DNA from: Candidatus Uhrbacteria bacterium RIFOXYB12_FULL_58_10
Lineage (GTDB): Bacteria > Patescibacteriota > Patescibacteriia > UBA9934 > GWF2-40-263
Assembly: GCA_943354165.1 (NCBI GenBank)
Contig: CALRBH010000001.1
Span: 80,828-144,827 of the forward strand
DNA length: 64,000 nt
Reading direction: 5' to 3'
Below the pieces are notes generated by a model. It ran no database searches, had not been told where the DNA came from, and saw only the letters and a list, made by a program, of their open reading frames with translations. The translations under genes and the position numbers were made by a program. This document shows, piece by piece, positions 63,516 to 64,000 of the stretch (position 1 is the stretch's first letter; every line of letters starts with the position of its first letter).

Positions 63516-64000
63516 ATGCCCAACAAAGAAATCGTTTTAGATATCGAAACCGCTAACACCTTTCAAGAGGTCGGCTCTTATGATCATACCAAGCTTGTCA
63601 TGTCCGTTTGCGGCGTCTATTTCTACGAAACAGACGAATACCGGGCGTATGAGCTCCATGAGATGAAGGATCTTTGGCCCCGGCTTGAAAGCTGTGATCG
63701 CATCATCGGCTACAACACCATCGGGTTCGATATGCCCGTCATGAATAACTATTATCCGGGGGATCTTCTTAAGCTCAATCAACTTGATATTCTGGCCGAG
63801 ATCCAAAAAGCCCTTGGGTTCCGTTTGAAACTCGATGACGTTGCCGCGGCTTCGCTTGGTCACGGAAAAACGGGCCATGGGCTCCAGGCGGTTGAGTGGT
63901 GGAAGCAGGGGGAGAAGGAAAAGGTGAAGACCTACTGCCTCGATGACGTCCGGGTGACCAAGGAACTGTACGAATACGGCCTGAAATACAACGCGGTCGC
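63516..64000 (+). CDS. RNase H-like (DEDD-type) domain protein, runs off the window end
   Basis: Own translation: MPNKEIVLDIET...IIGYNTIGFDMP...LKLDDVA...YCLDDVRVT. Confidence 0.88.
   Translation, partial: MPNKEIVLDIETANTFQEVGSYDHTKLVMSVCGVYFYETDEYRAYELHEMKDLWPRLESCDRIIGYNTIGFDMPVMNNYYPGDLLKLNQLDILAEIQKALGFRLKLDDVAAASLGHGKTGHGLQAVEWWKQGEKEKVKTYCLDDVRVTKELYEYGLKYNAV

Overview
64 kb of a gene-dense bacterial chromosome. The gene set suggests Patescibacteria/CPR, probably class ABY1 (Uhrbacteria-like); this is an inference from the S-layer type, the DUF5667-ECF pair, the degenerate HtrA and the initiation style. Housekeeping content: pyk, tRNA-Asp, infC-rpmI-rplT, smpB-ssrA, HU, hflX, rpmB, ctpA, a large surface-glycan region (Wzz-like, O-antigen-ligase-like, many GT2/GT4/GT-C genes, dTDP-rhamnose genes), an ECF sigma/anti-sigma/S-layer locus, a RelE-type TA pair and two histidine-kinase-like genes. 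No rRNA, CRISPR array, integrase, transposase or reverse transcriptase was seen. Three things stand out. (1) A four-helix-bundle (IVS/Avd-like) gene is enclosed by inverted heptamer arrays, a near-identical empty copy sits between smpB and ssrA, and other 7-mer and 9-mer arrays show strict gene-end/gene-start polarity. (2) Two accessory islands (1.7-4.2 kb and 11.3-18.3 kb) have genes that all carry Shine-Dalgarno sites, unlike the SD-less and often near-leaderless core genes. The larger island encodes myxobacteria-like Cys-rich lipoproteins and beta-barrel-like proteins, plus two divergently transcribed hairpins with the identical anti-SD loop UCUCCUCCU. (3) At least three families of short palindromic elements are inserted in-frame in proteins, including HflX.
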